This document shows, one piece after another, positions 52,370 through 63,355 of a stretch of DNA of 64,000 bases. The translations under genes were made by a program, and so were the position numbers. The first letter of the stretch is position 1. Each line of letters starts with the position of its first letter. This stretch comes from Pelagomonas calceolata (lineage: Eukaryota), in contig CAKKNE010000004.1 of assembly GCA_918797485.1 (NCBI GenBank), positions 1,984,001 to 2,048,000 on the forward strand, in the 5' to 3' direction. Below the pieces are notes generated by a model. The model saw nothing but the letters and a program-made list of their open reading frames with translations. It made no database searches and was not told the origin of the DNA.

Positions 52370-52459
52370 TCCTCCCGTCAGTCGTCGTGTCAATATTTGT
52401 AAGCTCGTTTCCCGTCGTGTGTGTTTTCGGGGGGTTGACGCACACACAACTTAAGCTAG

Positions 52460-54509
52460 CTACCAATCAAATCGTTCGACGGCGACGGGGGCGTCGATTT
52501 GCCGACCGATGGCGCGGAGGTCCCGCTCGACGCGGACGACGTTTCCGCAGTACATGAGGCCCCAGTTCGCACACAGCTTTCGAGGCGCGCGCTTCGGACG
52601 CGGGGGCTCCTCGGACGCCACGACGCTCATCAGGAGCTCGAACTCGTCCTGCGTTCCGCGGCACACCCTTTCGCAGTGGGAGACGAGCGCGGAATACGTG
52701 AGCGCGCGCTTGCCTGCGGCTATATGCCGCAAGATGTCGCCGAGGTCGTCGTCTTCGACGAGCATCTGCGACGTGCTCAAGAGATCGATGCCACTTGCGA
52801 TATCTTCCTCGGAAACGAGATCGCCGTCGTCGTCGCTCTCGTCGCCGCCGTCAACAGTTCCAAAGTTGGCCCATGGGCCCATGGTTCGTCGTAAGCGCCC
52901 GTCGGCCCTTCCGGGTCGGGGCCTATCAGCCAGGCTGCGGGACCGCGCCCTGTGCAGCGTTTCGGTGCGAAACGAGGCCGAAATCTCGCTAGCGCCCATG
53001 CCGCGCGCGGCGCAACGCCGGAGGAGCGCGTCGAACCGTGCCGGCGCGCCGTTCTCGGGGCCACCGCCGTAGCCCCCGAGGAGCTCCGTGGGCCGGAAAC
53101 GGCACTCCGGCAGCGCCTGGTGCGTCTCGACGGCCTCGACGACGTCGAGAACGACTTCACCGAGATCGCCTGGGCGGCCGTCCACGAGGTAGACGCTGCT
53201 CCGCCCCCGGAGGTCCGCCTCGAGATGCGAAAGCGGCGTCTTGCCCGTGTAAAAGACGAGCGCGATGTCCACGGCGTCGAGCAAGCCCTCGCGCAGATAG
53301 AACGTGACGAGGGCCGCATCGCGGACCATCCAAAGTAACGACATACTCCGGGTCTCGGCGTGCCGTTGGATCGTCGCGAGCGCCGGCGTGATGCCTATGC
53401 CCGTCGCGACGAGGAGCAAATTATCGCGGTCGGCGGCGTACGCGGCGTAGGGGGACGGGAACGGGCCCTGGACCCAGATTGGGCGCGTCGTCGGCCGCTC
53501 GATCGCGTCGTGGAGCGCCCGCGTCCAGTCCCCGGCGGCCGTGATGCAGAGGCTGACCCGTTTCTTGCCGGCCGCGGCGCCGTACGCCGAGAAGGGGTGC
53601 CACTGCGTCCTCGAGAGCCACGGGATCAGCACGTACACGTAGCCCTCCACGCTGTCGTGCCACCACTCTGGTTTCTGAAACGAGACCTGGACGCTGGCAC
53701 CGAGCCGCTCGAAGACGGCGTCCTCGACGCGCAACGCGCGGTAGCAGAGCGCGTAGAGCGCGTCGGCGCCGTAGATGGCGAGCGCTGCGCCCGCGACGGC
53801 CGCGCACACGCGAGTGTGGCACACGACGGCCACGGTGCCGGAGATGCCGAGCAGCACGTGCACGGCCTTCCGAATCTCAAACGACACGAGGGCGCAGCGC
53901 CCGAGCTGTCACGAGCACGAGGACGGGCGCGCAGCAGCACATCGCGGCGAGGCCACTTCGCCCGGCACCGCCGCCCAGCTTGGCCCGCAGCTCCCGTCGT
54001 ATTAGCCACCTCGCGAAATGAGCGATCGTGTGCAACACGGCAAATCCAGCGACGCGCCAGCCGCAGGCCTCGTGCGTCTCGTGCAGGTTGTCCGCCGCGA
54101 CGAGGATGGACCCGACGTTCTCCTCCCAGCGCGCCGCTGACACGCGCGCCTTCGTCAAGAAGAGCGCCACGAGGTACGGGAGCGCCGCGTAGGCCGTCGT
54201 GCGAGCGACCGCAAGCAGCAGGACCTCGATCCAACCCTCGGCGCAGATCGACGGCCGCGGGCAGACCGTGACCGTGCGCCGCCAGCGCGCGGCGCCGATG
54301 CGCGTCCAGGCCGGAAGGAAGACACACAGGCTATACGCGACCGCCGCGGCGCTGGCAGCAGCCACGAACGAACTCAGCGACGCGATGGAGCTGTCCGCCG
54401 ACGTCGTCTTTGCGCGGCGGCGCGCCTCCCGCCTCCTCAGCGTCGGTGACGGAGGCGCTTCGACGTCGTCTTTGGTTGGTGAGACTTTGGTTGGTGAGGC
54501 GCGCCACAT
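52460..54509 (-). CDS. Ferric reductase/NADPH oxidase (FRE/NOX) family protein, frameshifted near 53890
   Basis: TM histidines (HETH, LHTIAH), QWHPFS (FAD), GDWT, GPFPSP, VATGIGITP, MYCG, ERFDW. Confidence 0.8.
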
Positions 54510-54933
54510 CTACGCCGGCTGCCCGAGGAGTGAAACCTCGTGCTAGTGCTGCTAGGACCCCATGTTAGGCGCTTAGGAGTTGCGAGGCAGCCTGAAAACG
54601 CGGTCTCAAGCGTTCTGAGATCGTCCCTGGTTTGTACTCTTGGCATCAACTCTGAATTGCTCCTCACACGCACATTTCATCCCGGCACGTAGCTGGGTTC
54701 GCTCACAGTTGTCCGGAGGTCTGTAATGGTCGTTTGAATCGTCTCGCAAGGCTCGCGTCCGGGAACCTACTAGGCGGCTGCCGCAAACGGTGCGCGCGGC
54801 CGGACGTTGTCGGCAGCCCCACCATCAGCGGCAAACGCGTTGCGGACTGCAAACGCGCCGGGAGGCCTCACAAAGACGCAGCTGAACAGCGCGTCACACC
54901 GTAGCGACAGCCGTTAACGACCGGGGCAGCACG

Positions 54934-55827
54934 ATGGCCTACGGCGCGCGCGGCGGCGGCGCCATGACGCAAGATCTAGGTGGACTCGAACGGGAACTCT
55001 CGAGCCGGTTGGAGTTGGAGCACACCGTGCTCGAGGCGCGCGCGCAGGAGTTAAGGCGAGAGGCGCGGAAGCAAGCCCGGCAACGGGCGTTCCTGCGCGA
55101 GGAGAGAAAACGAGCGCGCGACGAAAAGGAGGCTATCATTCGAGATGCAGCCAAATTGGAACACCGCGACAAGGACGACTGGTTTCCCCGCGATTACCTC
55201 GACGCGACGCCCCAGAAACGACTTCGACTGAATGTCGGAGGCCAGATCTTCGAGATCAACGTCGCGAAGCTAGACAACGACCCCGACAGTTTGTTGGCAG
55301 CCTTGGCGGCCGAGGACTGCCCGTTGTTCGGAGATGATCGGGGGAAACGCGTCGCTTATGTCGACCGGGACTGGTGGACCTTCCGGCACGTCCTCGCGTT
55401 TCTGAGGGACGGCGTCTTGCCGGCTTCTCCGTCCCTGGCTCTACCTTTGTATCGCGAGGCGGCCTTCTGGAGATTGGGTTCGTTGCAACGAGCCGTCGAG
55501 GAGACGCATTTACATTTGACAAGGACGAAGATCGACGTCGACGCCAAGGGCGAAGTCACGGAAGAAAAGCAGACCAAGGAGTCAAAATTCTGGCTCAGCA
55601 AGCCGAACTGGTGGGAGGCCCAGGCGCCCTCCTCCTCAAAAAAGAAGGAGGGCGAGAAGGGCGAGGACGACAAGGACCCCGACTGGTGGAAGGACCGCGA
55701 CGACTATCGAGGGGCGCGCTTCGCGCTGTCGACGGACCCGGAGAAGGTCGTGGCCACCTCCGAGGACGTCGAGGAGAAGAAGGACGTCTACCCGATGCTC
55801 TCGTCGACGTGGGGCTACTACCACTGA
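54934..55827 (+). CDS. BTB/POZ (KCTD-type) protein
   Basis: LRLNVGGQIFE, PDSLLA, YVDRD...FRHVLAFLRDG, EAAFW. Confidence 0.85.
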   Translation: MAYGARGGGAMTQDLGGLERELSSRLELEHTVLEARAQELRREARKQARQRAFLREERKRARDEKEAIIRDAAKLEHRDKDDWFPRDYLDATPQKRLRLNVGGQIFEINVAKLDNDPDSLLAALAAEDCPLFGDDRGKRVAYVDRDWWTFRHVLAFLRDGVLPASPSLALPLYREAAFWRLGSLQRAVEETHLHLTRTKIDVDAKGEVTEEKQTKESKFWLSKPNWWEAQAPSSSKKKEGEKGEDDKDPDWWKDRDDYRGARFALSTDPEKVVATSEDVEEKKDVYPMLSSTWGYYH

Positions 55828-55844
55828 GTTGTCGGGGGAGTAAC

Positions 55845-56702
55845 TTACAATCCTACTAGTGGGCACGCGTCGACGGCGCACTCCTTCTTCTGGAGCTTGC
55901 CGTTCTTCGCGCACTTCGCGCAGCACTTGCCGTGCTCGACGAGGAGGATGTGCAGGTCGAGCTTGCACTCGTTGGGCACGCGCCGGTTCAGGTGCTCGTA
56001 GGCCTGCTCGCGCGACGCGTCCGCCGGGAGCCAGTTCAGCTTCTTCGCTATATGCAAAACGTGCGTGTCGACGGGGAACTCGGCGCGGCCCATCGTGAAC
56101 ATCATGACGCATGCGACCGTCTTCGGCCCGACGCCCTTGAACGACGTCAGCACGCGCTTGACCTCGTCGTCGTCGCGCTCGTGGAGCCACTCGAGGGACG
56201 GCTCGCCGTCCGTGCGGACGCGGTCGTCGCGCAGGATGGCGCGCACGCGCTCCATCTTGACTTCCGCGAGGCCGCCGCACCTCACGAGGTCCTCGGCGAC
56301 GCCCTCCGGCGCATCCAGCACCTGCGACCACGTTGGCAGGCCCTCCTTCAGCCGCGCGAAGGCGACGGCGCTCGTCTTGTCCGTCGTGTTCTGCGACAGG
56401 ATCGTTCGTACCAGCGAATCTAGGATGGACTTGCGCTCCGGCGGCGACGGCAGGCCGTGGACCGTCGCGAGGCGCGCGACGGCCTCGACGGCCGCGGCCG
56501 GCGTGGGCGCGGCCCACGTCGGGTAGGGCTCTTCGGCCTCGGTCTTGCCGCGCGGCTTCTTCTTGCTCGAGTCCTTCTTGCTCGTCGTCGCCTTGCGCGC
56601 CGTGCTCGCCTGCTTTGTTTTGGCAGTGGTCGAGTGCGATGCTTTGGCGGGCGTTTTCTTGCCAGAAATTGGCACACGCGTGGTCGGAGCTGATTTTGCC
56701 AT
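55845..56702 (-). CDS. HhH-GPD endonuclease III-like DNA glycosylase
   Basis: ILSQNT, GGLAEVK, GVGPKTVACV, FPVDTHV, C-terminal Cys cluster. Confidence 0.9.
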   Translation of the reverse strand: MAKSAPTTRVPISGKKTPAKASHSTTAKTKQASTARKATTSKKDSSKKKPRGKTEAEEPYPTWAAPTPAAAVEAVARLATVHGLPSPPERKSILDSLVRTILSQNTTDKTSAVAFARLKEGLPTWSQVLDAPEGVAEDLVRCGGLAEVKMERVRAILRDDRVRTDGEPSLEWLHERDDDEVKRVLTSFKGVGPKTVACVMMFTMGRAEFPVDTHVLHIAKKLNWLPADASREQAYEHLNRRVPNECKLDLHILLVEHGKCCAKCAKNGKLQKKECAVDACPLVGL

Positions 56703-57130
56703 TGCGTGCAAGTATTTTCCTAGCGTGAATGCAATCAATGTGGACAATGTGGACGTATGGCGCAGAGCGCGCGGCCAGGGTGGCGCGAAACCTGTTTTGA
56801 TTGCGGATTTAAAGGACGCTTCTCTGCCCTGGTAAACCACAATTCCGAAGGCTACAAAACGCCGTACCAGCACGAATCCGCGGGGGCGCCGGCTCACAAG
56901 AATTCACAACCTTTCAGCAAACTGGCAGCATTGACACTCGTGGCGCGTGCGAATCCGCGGCGCACGGGCAGCCATTCTCATACGCCGCCGACGCGCCCCA
57001 GGACCGCAAGCGCGCGTTCGTGCGACAGACCCAGCGAACGACTGGACCGAGAGGGCAGCCAACACACGGCAGCCCCTGAAAACGTCGCCGCCGCGCCCCA
57101 GAATTGCGAAGGGCCAGCGACACGACTACC

Positions 57131-59056
57131 ATGAGGGGCGAATTCAGTGGGGCAGCCACACCCAATGTGAAAGCGGACGGCGTCGAGATGGAGTCAATCT
57201 GCGTCGGCGCCTTCGCGAGCCCGACGCCCAAAGGAGGCGATGATATGCCGTTCTCGCCGCGGTCCGAGATCGAGTGCGCCACCGAGGCCGCGAAATCGAT
57301 GGCGCATACGGAAGCGGGAAACTACACGATCGCGCCGGACAGGAGCCGCGCCGTGCAGAATTGGGACGTGGCGATATGTGTAGCGTTAATTTACACGGCT
57401 CTAGTGACGCCGGCGGAGGTCGGCTTCATCCACGACCGGAACAAAAAGACAATCCAGTACTACTGGGCCTTCTTCGCCTGCACGCAGATTGTCAACTTAG
57501 TTTTCATCTTTGACGTGGGGCTGCAGTTCTTCTTACATTATCAAGACGCGCAGGGGACCTGGATCCGGAATCATAGGAGGATCATCAAGCACTATCTGTA
57601 CGGGTCGTTCTGTATTGATTTCGTGTCCTCCATCCCGTATGGGGCATTGACGCTGGCCTTCCCGGCGGTGGGCAACGCCCAGGCTTTACGATTGTTGCGA
57701 TTATTACGACTCGCGAAATTGCTCAGAATTATCCGCTCCTCAAGATTGGTCAACAGGTATAGAGCGGACATGTCCGTGTCGTACGGCGTCGTGCAGTTGG
57801 TAGGATTCGTACTACTCGCGGTGCTCTTTTGCCACTGGATGGCTTGTGTCTGGGGCTTCGTCGGGCACTTCCAAGTGTCGAACAGTGAAGATTTCCCCCA
57901 CAATTCTTGGATGGGCGCTTTCGAAGGCAATGACGTCGAGGGGAACCCCTGGTACAAGTGGAACATTCGGAACCCGAAGCACCAGTACGTCATCGCGTTG
58001 TATTTCAGTATTATGACCCTGACTACTGTTGGGTATGGAGATGTCCTCGCGACGACCATACCCGAATACGCTTTAATGGTTATTATCATGTTCGTCGGGG
58101 GCTTCATGTGGGCTTATATTATTGGGGCGGTCTGCGCCGTGACCGCGACGCTCGACATAAAAAAGATAGAACACCAGCAGTTGTACGACCAGATCAATAG
58201 CATGCTCGTGGACATGTCCATCGACCGCTCGACGGCCGCGCGCGTGCGGAGCTTCATGTTCCAATCCGAGGAGATGGAACGAAGGGACGCGTACTCCGAA
58301 TTAGTTGAGTTCCTGTCTCCCGAGTTACAAGGTCTTATGTGTGATGAAATTAGTGCGAGAACCTTGGGCAAGGTCAACTATTTCGTGAGCAGGACTAATA
58401 GATTTCGCTTCGCCATATATAAAGCGCTTACGAGACGTTTGTACGTGCCGCAGGAGCTGATTCATGAAGACAGATTATTGATCATCGCGAACCAGGGTGT
58501 GGTAGGTAGTGACGGGCGCATCTACACGCGGGGCATGGCCCTCAACACGGATTTTTTTCTGCAGTGCGATGAAATCAGGGAGGCGGGCACGCTGATCACG
58601 AGGGCTTTAAATTATGTGGAACTCGAGCTTTTGAGCAGGAGGGACTTCGCGCTCATCGTGAGGCAGTTCCCTGCCGAAAGACCGTATATCACGGCCTTCC
58701 GCGTCTTCTACGCGCTGCGGCGCCGCGTCGCGCGGGGCGATCTCCTGGAGGCGCCTTCTACTGGTTCTGGTGAGACGGACTTCGGCGCGTGCTTCGACGC
58801 CGTGCGGCGGGACCCGCTGGCCATTGTGGGGTGTCCTGAGGACTTCCGCGACAACGCGGCGTTGGTGCACGAGGCTCTGAAACGCGACGCGTCGCTCATC
58901 CGCTACGCCTCGGCGCGCCTGCGGGGCGACGCGCGCTTCGTGCGGCGGGCCATTACCGCGGCGGGCGCGGGCTGGCCCGAGAGCGTCCTGCCCCACGTCA
59001 GCGAGGACCTCCGCGGGCTGCTGACGACGGTCTGCGGAGACGACTCGCTGCTTTGA
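57131..59056 (+). CDS. Six-TM cyclic-nucleotide-regulated (EAG/HCN-like) K+ channel with C-terminal DUF4116-like repeat
   Basis: S4 LRLLRLLRLAKLLR, TLTTVGYGD filter, C-linker LSPELQ. Confidence 0.88.
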   Translation: MRGEFSGAATPNVKADGVEMESICVGAFASPTPKGGDDMPFSPRSEIECATEAAKSMAHTEAGNYTIAPDRSRAVQNWDVAICVALIYTALVTPAEVGFIHDRNKKTIQYYWAFFACTQIVNLVFIFDVGLQFFLHYQDAQGTWIRNHRRIIKHYLYGSFCIDFVSSIPYGALTLAFPAVGNAQALRLLRLLRLAKLLRIIRSSRLVNRYRADMSVSYGVVQLVGFVLLAVLFCHWMACVWGFVGHFQVSNSEDFPHNSWMGAFEGNDVEGNPWYKWNIRNPKHQYVIALYFSIMTLTTVGYGDVLATTIPEYALMVIIMFVGGFMWAYIIGAVCAVTATLDIKKIEHQQLYDQINSMLVDMSIDRSTAARVRSFMFQSEEMERRDAYSELVEFLSPELQGLMCDEISARTLGKVNYFVSRTNRFRFAIYKALTRRLYVPQELIHEDRLLIIANQGVVGSDGRIYTRGMALNTDFFLQCDEIREAGTLITRALNYVELELLSRRDFALIVRQFPAERPYITAFRVFYALRRRVARGDLLEAPSTGSGETDFGACFDAVRRDPLAIVGCPEDFRDNAALVHEALKRDASLIRYASARLRGDARFVRRAITAAGAGWPESVLPHVSEDLRGLLTTVCGDDSLL

Positions 59057-59108
59057 CTAAGGTGCTTAGTCCTAGTAAGACCGGAAACGAACGATTAAAA
59101 AAAGGGCC

Positions 59109-60122
59109 CTACATCTCGTCGTCATCCGAGTCGTCGAGCTCGTTCGGGAAGTCTCCACATTGGACGTTCGTCGGCTTCGCGAAGGTGCCGTGGTTCTCGG
59201 CGCACGTGAAGTACCGCACCGTACCGGCGGACCCGTCGTTCTTGCCCAGCGGGTCGTCGAGCTCGACGCCGACCCAGACGCCTTCTTTACCTTCGAGCGC
59301 CCCACAAAACTTGACGCAGCCTCGCCGGCCACCGGGCTGCACCTCGCACCGCGACCCGACGACAATGTGCGCGGCGTCCGCCGCCGTGCAGGGCAGGGCC
59401 TTGGTCTTCGCGTTCGCCATCTGCGCGCCGGGCATCTGCGGCGGCTTCCAGTCCGGGTCCTTGGCCCGCTGTTCCCGGATCCATTCGCGCACCGTGCCCT
59501 TGCGCTTGTCGTAGGTCTCCTCGTCCATGCGGTACCTCTCTACGAGGTTCACGTTCTCGAGGGCTCCGCCCTTTGAAATGGAATGCGGATCCACGTCCGT
59601 CACGTGGATGAACATGCCGCTCGTGACGGAGTAGAACCCGAGCATCTTCGAATCGTCATCGAGCTGGGCGATATCCACACCACCATCTCGCAACGTGAGT
59701 CGTTGCGATTGCGACGGCGTGCCGTGGTGGAGGTGCAATCGCGCTTTCACTTCCCCGATGGTCTGATGCAAGTCAAAGCGCAACTCGAGCATCTTCTGGT
59801 TCAGGTTTGAGTGTGTGACGTTGATGCACACCACGCCTTCCGGCAACAGAGTCCAGTTTTCGTCGTCGCGGGCCGTGACCCAGTCCTGCACGCCGCGCAT
59901 CTCGTGGTTGTTGATGCCCATGGCCTTGACCTTGTCCGCGGCGCCCATCATGTCGGGAGACGAGTTCTCCTTCTCTTCCCGGCCTTTGCCCTTGGAGACG
60001 GTGCCGCGAATATCATCTAATTTTTGGGTGCCGGCGTTGGCGCCCTGGAAGCGGCGCTGCCTTCCTAAATCTTCATCTAAATTCTCGAGGTCGTCGAGGT
60101 CGTCGCCCATGAGCGCGGCCAT
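59109..60122 (-). CDS. TBCB: Tubulin-folding cofactor B
   Basis: Ubl domain (THSNL...MLGFYS) followed by CAP-Gly (WVGVELDDPLGKNDGS). Confidence 0.92.
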   Translation of the reverse strand: MAALMGDDLDDLENLDEDLGRQRRFQGANAGTQKLDDIRGTVSKGKGREEKENSSPDMMGAADKVKAMGINNHEMRGVQDWVTARDDENWTLLPEGVVCINVTHSNLNQKMLELRFDLHQTIGEVKARLHLHHGTPSQSQRLTLRDGGVDIAQLDDDSKMLGFYSVTSGMFIHVTDVDPHSISKGGALENVNLVERYRMDEETYDKRKGTVREWIREQRAKDPDWKPPQMPGAQMANAKTKALPCTAADAAHIVVGSRCEVQPGGRRGCVKFCGALEGKEGVWVGVELDDPLGKNDGSAGTVRYFTCAENHGTFAKPTNVQCGDFPNELDDSDDDEM

Positions 60123-60440
60123 CGTGGCGTTCGCAAGCAGGCAGCCTCCTTTTGCAGCAGGCGCGTTGACGGCGTGCCGGTTGCAAGTGTGCAGCTGCGC
60201 TCCACTGGGTTGTTAACGAGTTTTATCTATACGTCCAATTGCTCGACGAGTGGGGTGTTTGCGTGCTTTTGCGCGGCGGAGTTCGTTTTGCGGCCAAGTT
60301 CGGGTTTTTCCGGGCTTTTCGCGAAAAGTCCTGTCGCGGATGCTAGCGCTAGATTCAGACTTCCGCGCAATCCAAGTGGCGCTTGCGGCCCGCGCCGTGC
60401 GCCGCTTCTAGATGATCTCGATGCCCATGCCGCAGACAGG

Positions 60441-61304
60441 ATGTCGGCAGCCGTGACGGCCGCTGACCGCGCGACGAGTGGAAAGCATTGTGCGCAATGC
60501 GGCACCTGGCTGCCCCGCGACGAGTACTCGAAAAACCAGCGGAAAAAGCCGGGGAATTGGTCATGCACCCCCTGCGTGGAGAATGGGCTGCGCGCTGAAC
60601 GGGAAATGGATAGGATGCTGGCCGCGGCCGACGACAACGGAGACGCGAGGCAGGAGGCGAGGCGCAAGGCGCGGCGGGAGTTCCGGGCCGCGGCCGCGGC
60701 GCCGGCGCCCGCGCCCGCGCCCGCCCCTGGCCCAACGCCCGGGCCCCCGGGCCTAGAGCGCCGAGGCGTGATGGCGGCGCCGTCGTCGCTCACCGAGGCG
60801 ACGACGCCGTCGACGCATTCGACGGCGTCCGCGCCCCGCGTCGACCCGTCGGCCGCGACCTTCGCGATCGGGCGGGCCGCGGCCGAGGACCAGAACGCCA
60901 AGCAGCAGCTCAAGATACTCTGCGACAAATTCAGCGCGAGTCTAACCGTCGCCGCGGTCACCGACGCGGTGCCCCGGGGCTCCTACGCCTTCGAGTGCGT
61001 CGTCGACGGGTCGCGGTGCGGCGTGGGGACCGCGCGGAGCAAGAAGGACGCCAAGGAGCGTGCGGCGGCGCTCGCGCTCCGGACCCTCGCGCGGGCGCCG
61101 CCCAGGGCGGCGCCGGCAGTCGCATATACCGACCGGACGCGGGCGCCCGGGCGCCGAGGAGCCGCGGATTTGAAGGGCGCGCGCGGATCCGGCGTCCTGG
61201 GCGGCGCCGCCAACGCGGCCGTCGAACCCGTGGCAGCCGCTGCCGCTCGTCCTCCCTGGCAACGAGCACCCGGGCCGCAAGTCGGGCCGCCCGGCTTTTT
61301 GTAA
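60441..61304 (+). CDS. C4 zinc finger (Stc1-like) plus dsRNA-binding domain protein
   Basis: CAQC...YSKNQ...CTPC; NAKQQL...GVGTARSKKDAKERAAALAL. Confidence 0.7.
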   Translation: MSAAVTAADRATSGKHCAQCGTWLPRDEYSKNQRKKPGNWSCTPCVENGLRAEREMDRMLAAADDNGDARQEARRKARREFRAAAAAPAPAPAPAPGPTPGPPGLERRGVMAAPSSLTEATTPSTHSTASAPRVDPSAATFAIGRAAAEDQNAKQQLKILCDKFSASLTVAAVTDAVPRGSYAFECVVDGSRCGVGTARSKKDAKERAAALALRTLARAPPRAAPAVAYTDRTRAPGRRGAADLKGARGSGVLGGAANAAVEPVAAAAARPPWQRAPGPQVGPPGFL

Positions 61305-61375
61305 CTTTCTGTATGAGTATCCTGAGAGGGTAGTAATGGGGAAAGGCGGACCAACGCAGATACATATGAAGATCA

Positions 61376-61699
61376 TTACTGCGGCCGCGGGCCCATGTAG
61401 TAGGTGTTGATGGGGATCGGGTCGATTGATTGCGACGAGCCGCCGCGGGACTCGCGCGGCGGCTCGTCGCGGGACTCGCGCGGCGCCGGAGCCCCCGTCG
61501 TCGGCATCGCGTTGTGGACGGTGGTCGGGTGAGGCATGCTCGCGCCCCACCCCGTCGCCTGCCACCCAGGGTGCCGGTAGCCGCTCTCGGCCGGTGACGC
61601 TCTCGGAGTTGTCTGACTCTGCGCGGCCGCGGCGTGGCCGGCGAGCAGGATCACGGCGGCCGTCAGCGCGCGTCCGAGCGGGCGTCGTCGGATCGGCAT
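61376..61699 (-). CDS. Small putative secreted protein
   Basis: Signal-peptide-like N-terminus; duplicated PRESR. Confidence 0.35.
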   Translation of the reverse strand: MPIRRRPLGRALTAAVILLAGHAAAAQSQTTPRASPAESGYRHPGWQATGWGASMPHPTTVHNAMPTTGAPAPRESRDEPPRESRGGSSQSIDPIPINTYYMGPRPQ

Positions 61700-61975
61700 T
61701 GCTGCTCCGCGTCTCCGACAGAGTTGTGAGAGCAAAGTTGCCACAGAGCGATATCTACGCGTTATTCGGATGCGTCGCGTCAGTGCGGTCCAGTGCGGTC
61801 AAATGGACACGCGCACAAAGCTCTAACGTTCAGCGGCGACGTAAAAGCTCGACGAGATATGACATGAACCTCCAAGCCCGAGCCACGATAAAAAAAGGCT
61901 AAGCTGAGCTGACGGACCGCTCCAAAACGCCACAATGCGACGTCCAGCACCACCTTAAGGACTACTAACAAAACC

Positions 61976-62966
61976 TTAGGACGAAGCCTCCGCCGCTCGA
62001 ACCGAAACGAACGGCGCGTCCGCGGCGGCCGACCGTAACGCAGCGAGGATGCGCTGCTGCTGCGCCAGTAGAGCCTTGGAAGCGGGCTCGATCCTCAAGG
62101 CGCGCATGACGTCCTGGGCCGCGGCGCGGTGCTTCCCGAGCGCGTGCCGCGCCGTCGCGCGGCGCTGCAAACTCTTAAAGTGGTCCGGCTCATAAGACAG
62201 GGCCGTGTCGCAGTCCGCCTCGGCGTTGTTGTACTGGTTCTGCTTCAGGTAGGCCATCGCGCGATTCGATAACGCGACGTGGTTCCTTGCTTTCAGTCCC
62301 AGACACAACGAGTAGCTCCGCACGGCGCCCTCGTAGTCGCCTTTGGAAAATTTCTCGTTGCCCAACCGGCGCTGGGCCTCCTCGGGGTTCTCCGGTTCCG
62401 CCAGAGGGCGCGCGTCGGCGGGGACCTGTGTTTGGTTCATTCCAGTCGCGTCCCGAGGCCGCGTCGCGGCGATGGCGTCCGAGGCTGTGTCGCGTCGATG
62501 GCGTCTGGCGCCCCCGTACGCCCTCGCCGCTAACCGACGCGCACTCTCGTCGCGTCGCGTCGATGCCACCTCGACGCGGTCGTCACACAATGATCTTCGG
62601 ACGCCGCATTTGTACCTCCTCGACGACGGTCGTCGCCTCCTCATCAATATCATAGTTGTCCGCGTCGAACTGCTCCCACTTTTTGTAGCCCTTGTCATAC
62701 ACATGGGCGCCCGGCGCTTTTGCTGATTGTTTTCGATGCTGCGCGGCACCCGCATCACTCTTAGCCGCCGAGTTCCGCACGCCCACCCTCATACCGCCGC
62801 GCACGGGCGGCAGGTCCGTGGGCGCCGCGCGGCGCTCCTTGTCTTTTTTCGCGATGTCCCGATTCCAGTCGGCGAACTCGCCCAGGTAGTGCTGTTGTTG
62901 CTGGGCGTCGTTTCTTATTTTGTGCTGCATCTCGAGCATCCTTCGCTGCTGGTCGGCGGGATTCAT
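61976..62966 (-). CDS. RPAP3-like TPR co-chaperone; intron 62426-62615
   Basis: QHKIRNDAQQQQHYL...KKD...LPPVR N-terminus; carboxylate-clamp-type TPRs (GNEKF, SNRAMAYLK); phase-0 GT-AG intron. Confidence 0.8.
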
Positions 62967-63148
62967 GGCTGCGAGGTCCTGCGAGGTCTTGCGAGGTCTT
63001 TGAGCAGCTAGTGGTTGGCAGGTACGGCGCTGCACGAGGGCTTGGAAGCAGGCCCGTCGAGACGGATGGTGTCCCGATTCACTGCTCTCGCACCAATTCG
63101 ATGCCTTTTGGTCCGTTTTACCGCTTTGCTGAGCAACCCTAGGCATCC

Positions 63149-63170
63149 CTAGTGTGTCACACGACGCTAG
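63149..63170 (+). promoter_or_regulatory. Paired-CTAG intergenic element
   Basis: cCTAGtgtgtcacacgacgCTAGc. Confidence 0.7.
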
Positions 63171-63355
63171 CTCCAGGCGGAGCAACTTGCCGTGCGGAAC
63201 CGCTGGGAGCGGGCGCATCGAGCCGCTCTGCCGGGTCTCAACGCGCTGTGTGCTGTATTTTTTCATCGCTGCGTCGGTCGCGCGCAAAGCCTGCGCCGTC
63301 CGCGAAAATTTAAGCCGCAAACAGCGGTTGACTCGCGCTTAGACGCCCCGCAGCC

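Noticed and set aside
54544..54556. Additional CTAG pairs at about 54544 and 60343
   Set aside because: Spacers are only 2-5 nt, so they were not counted as the element. The divergent gaps at 11.5-11.9 kb and 56.7-57.1 kb also lack a clear copy.
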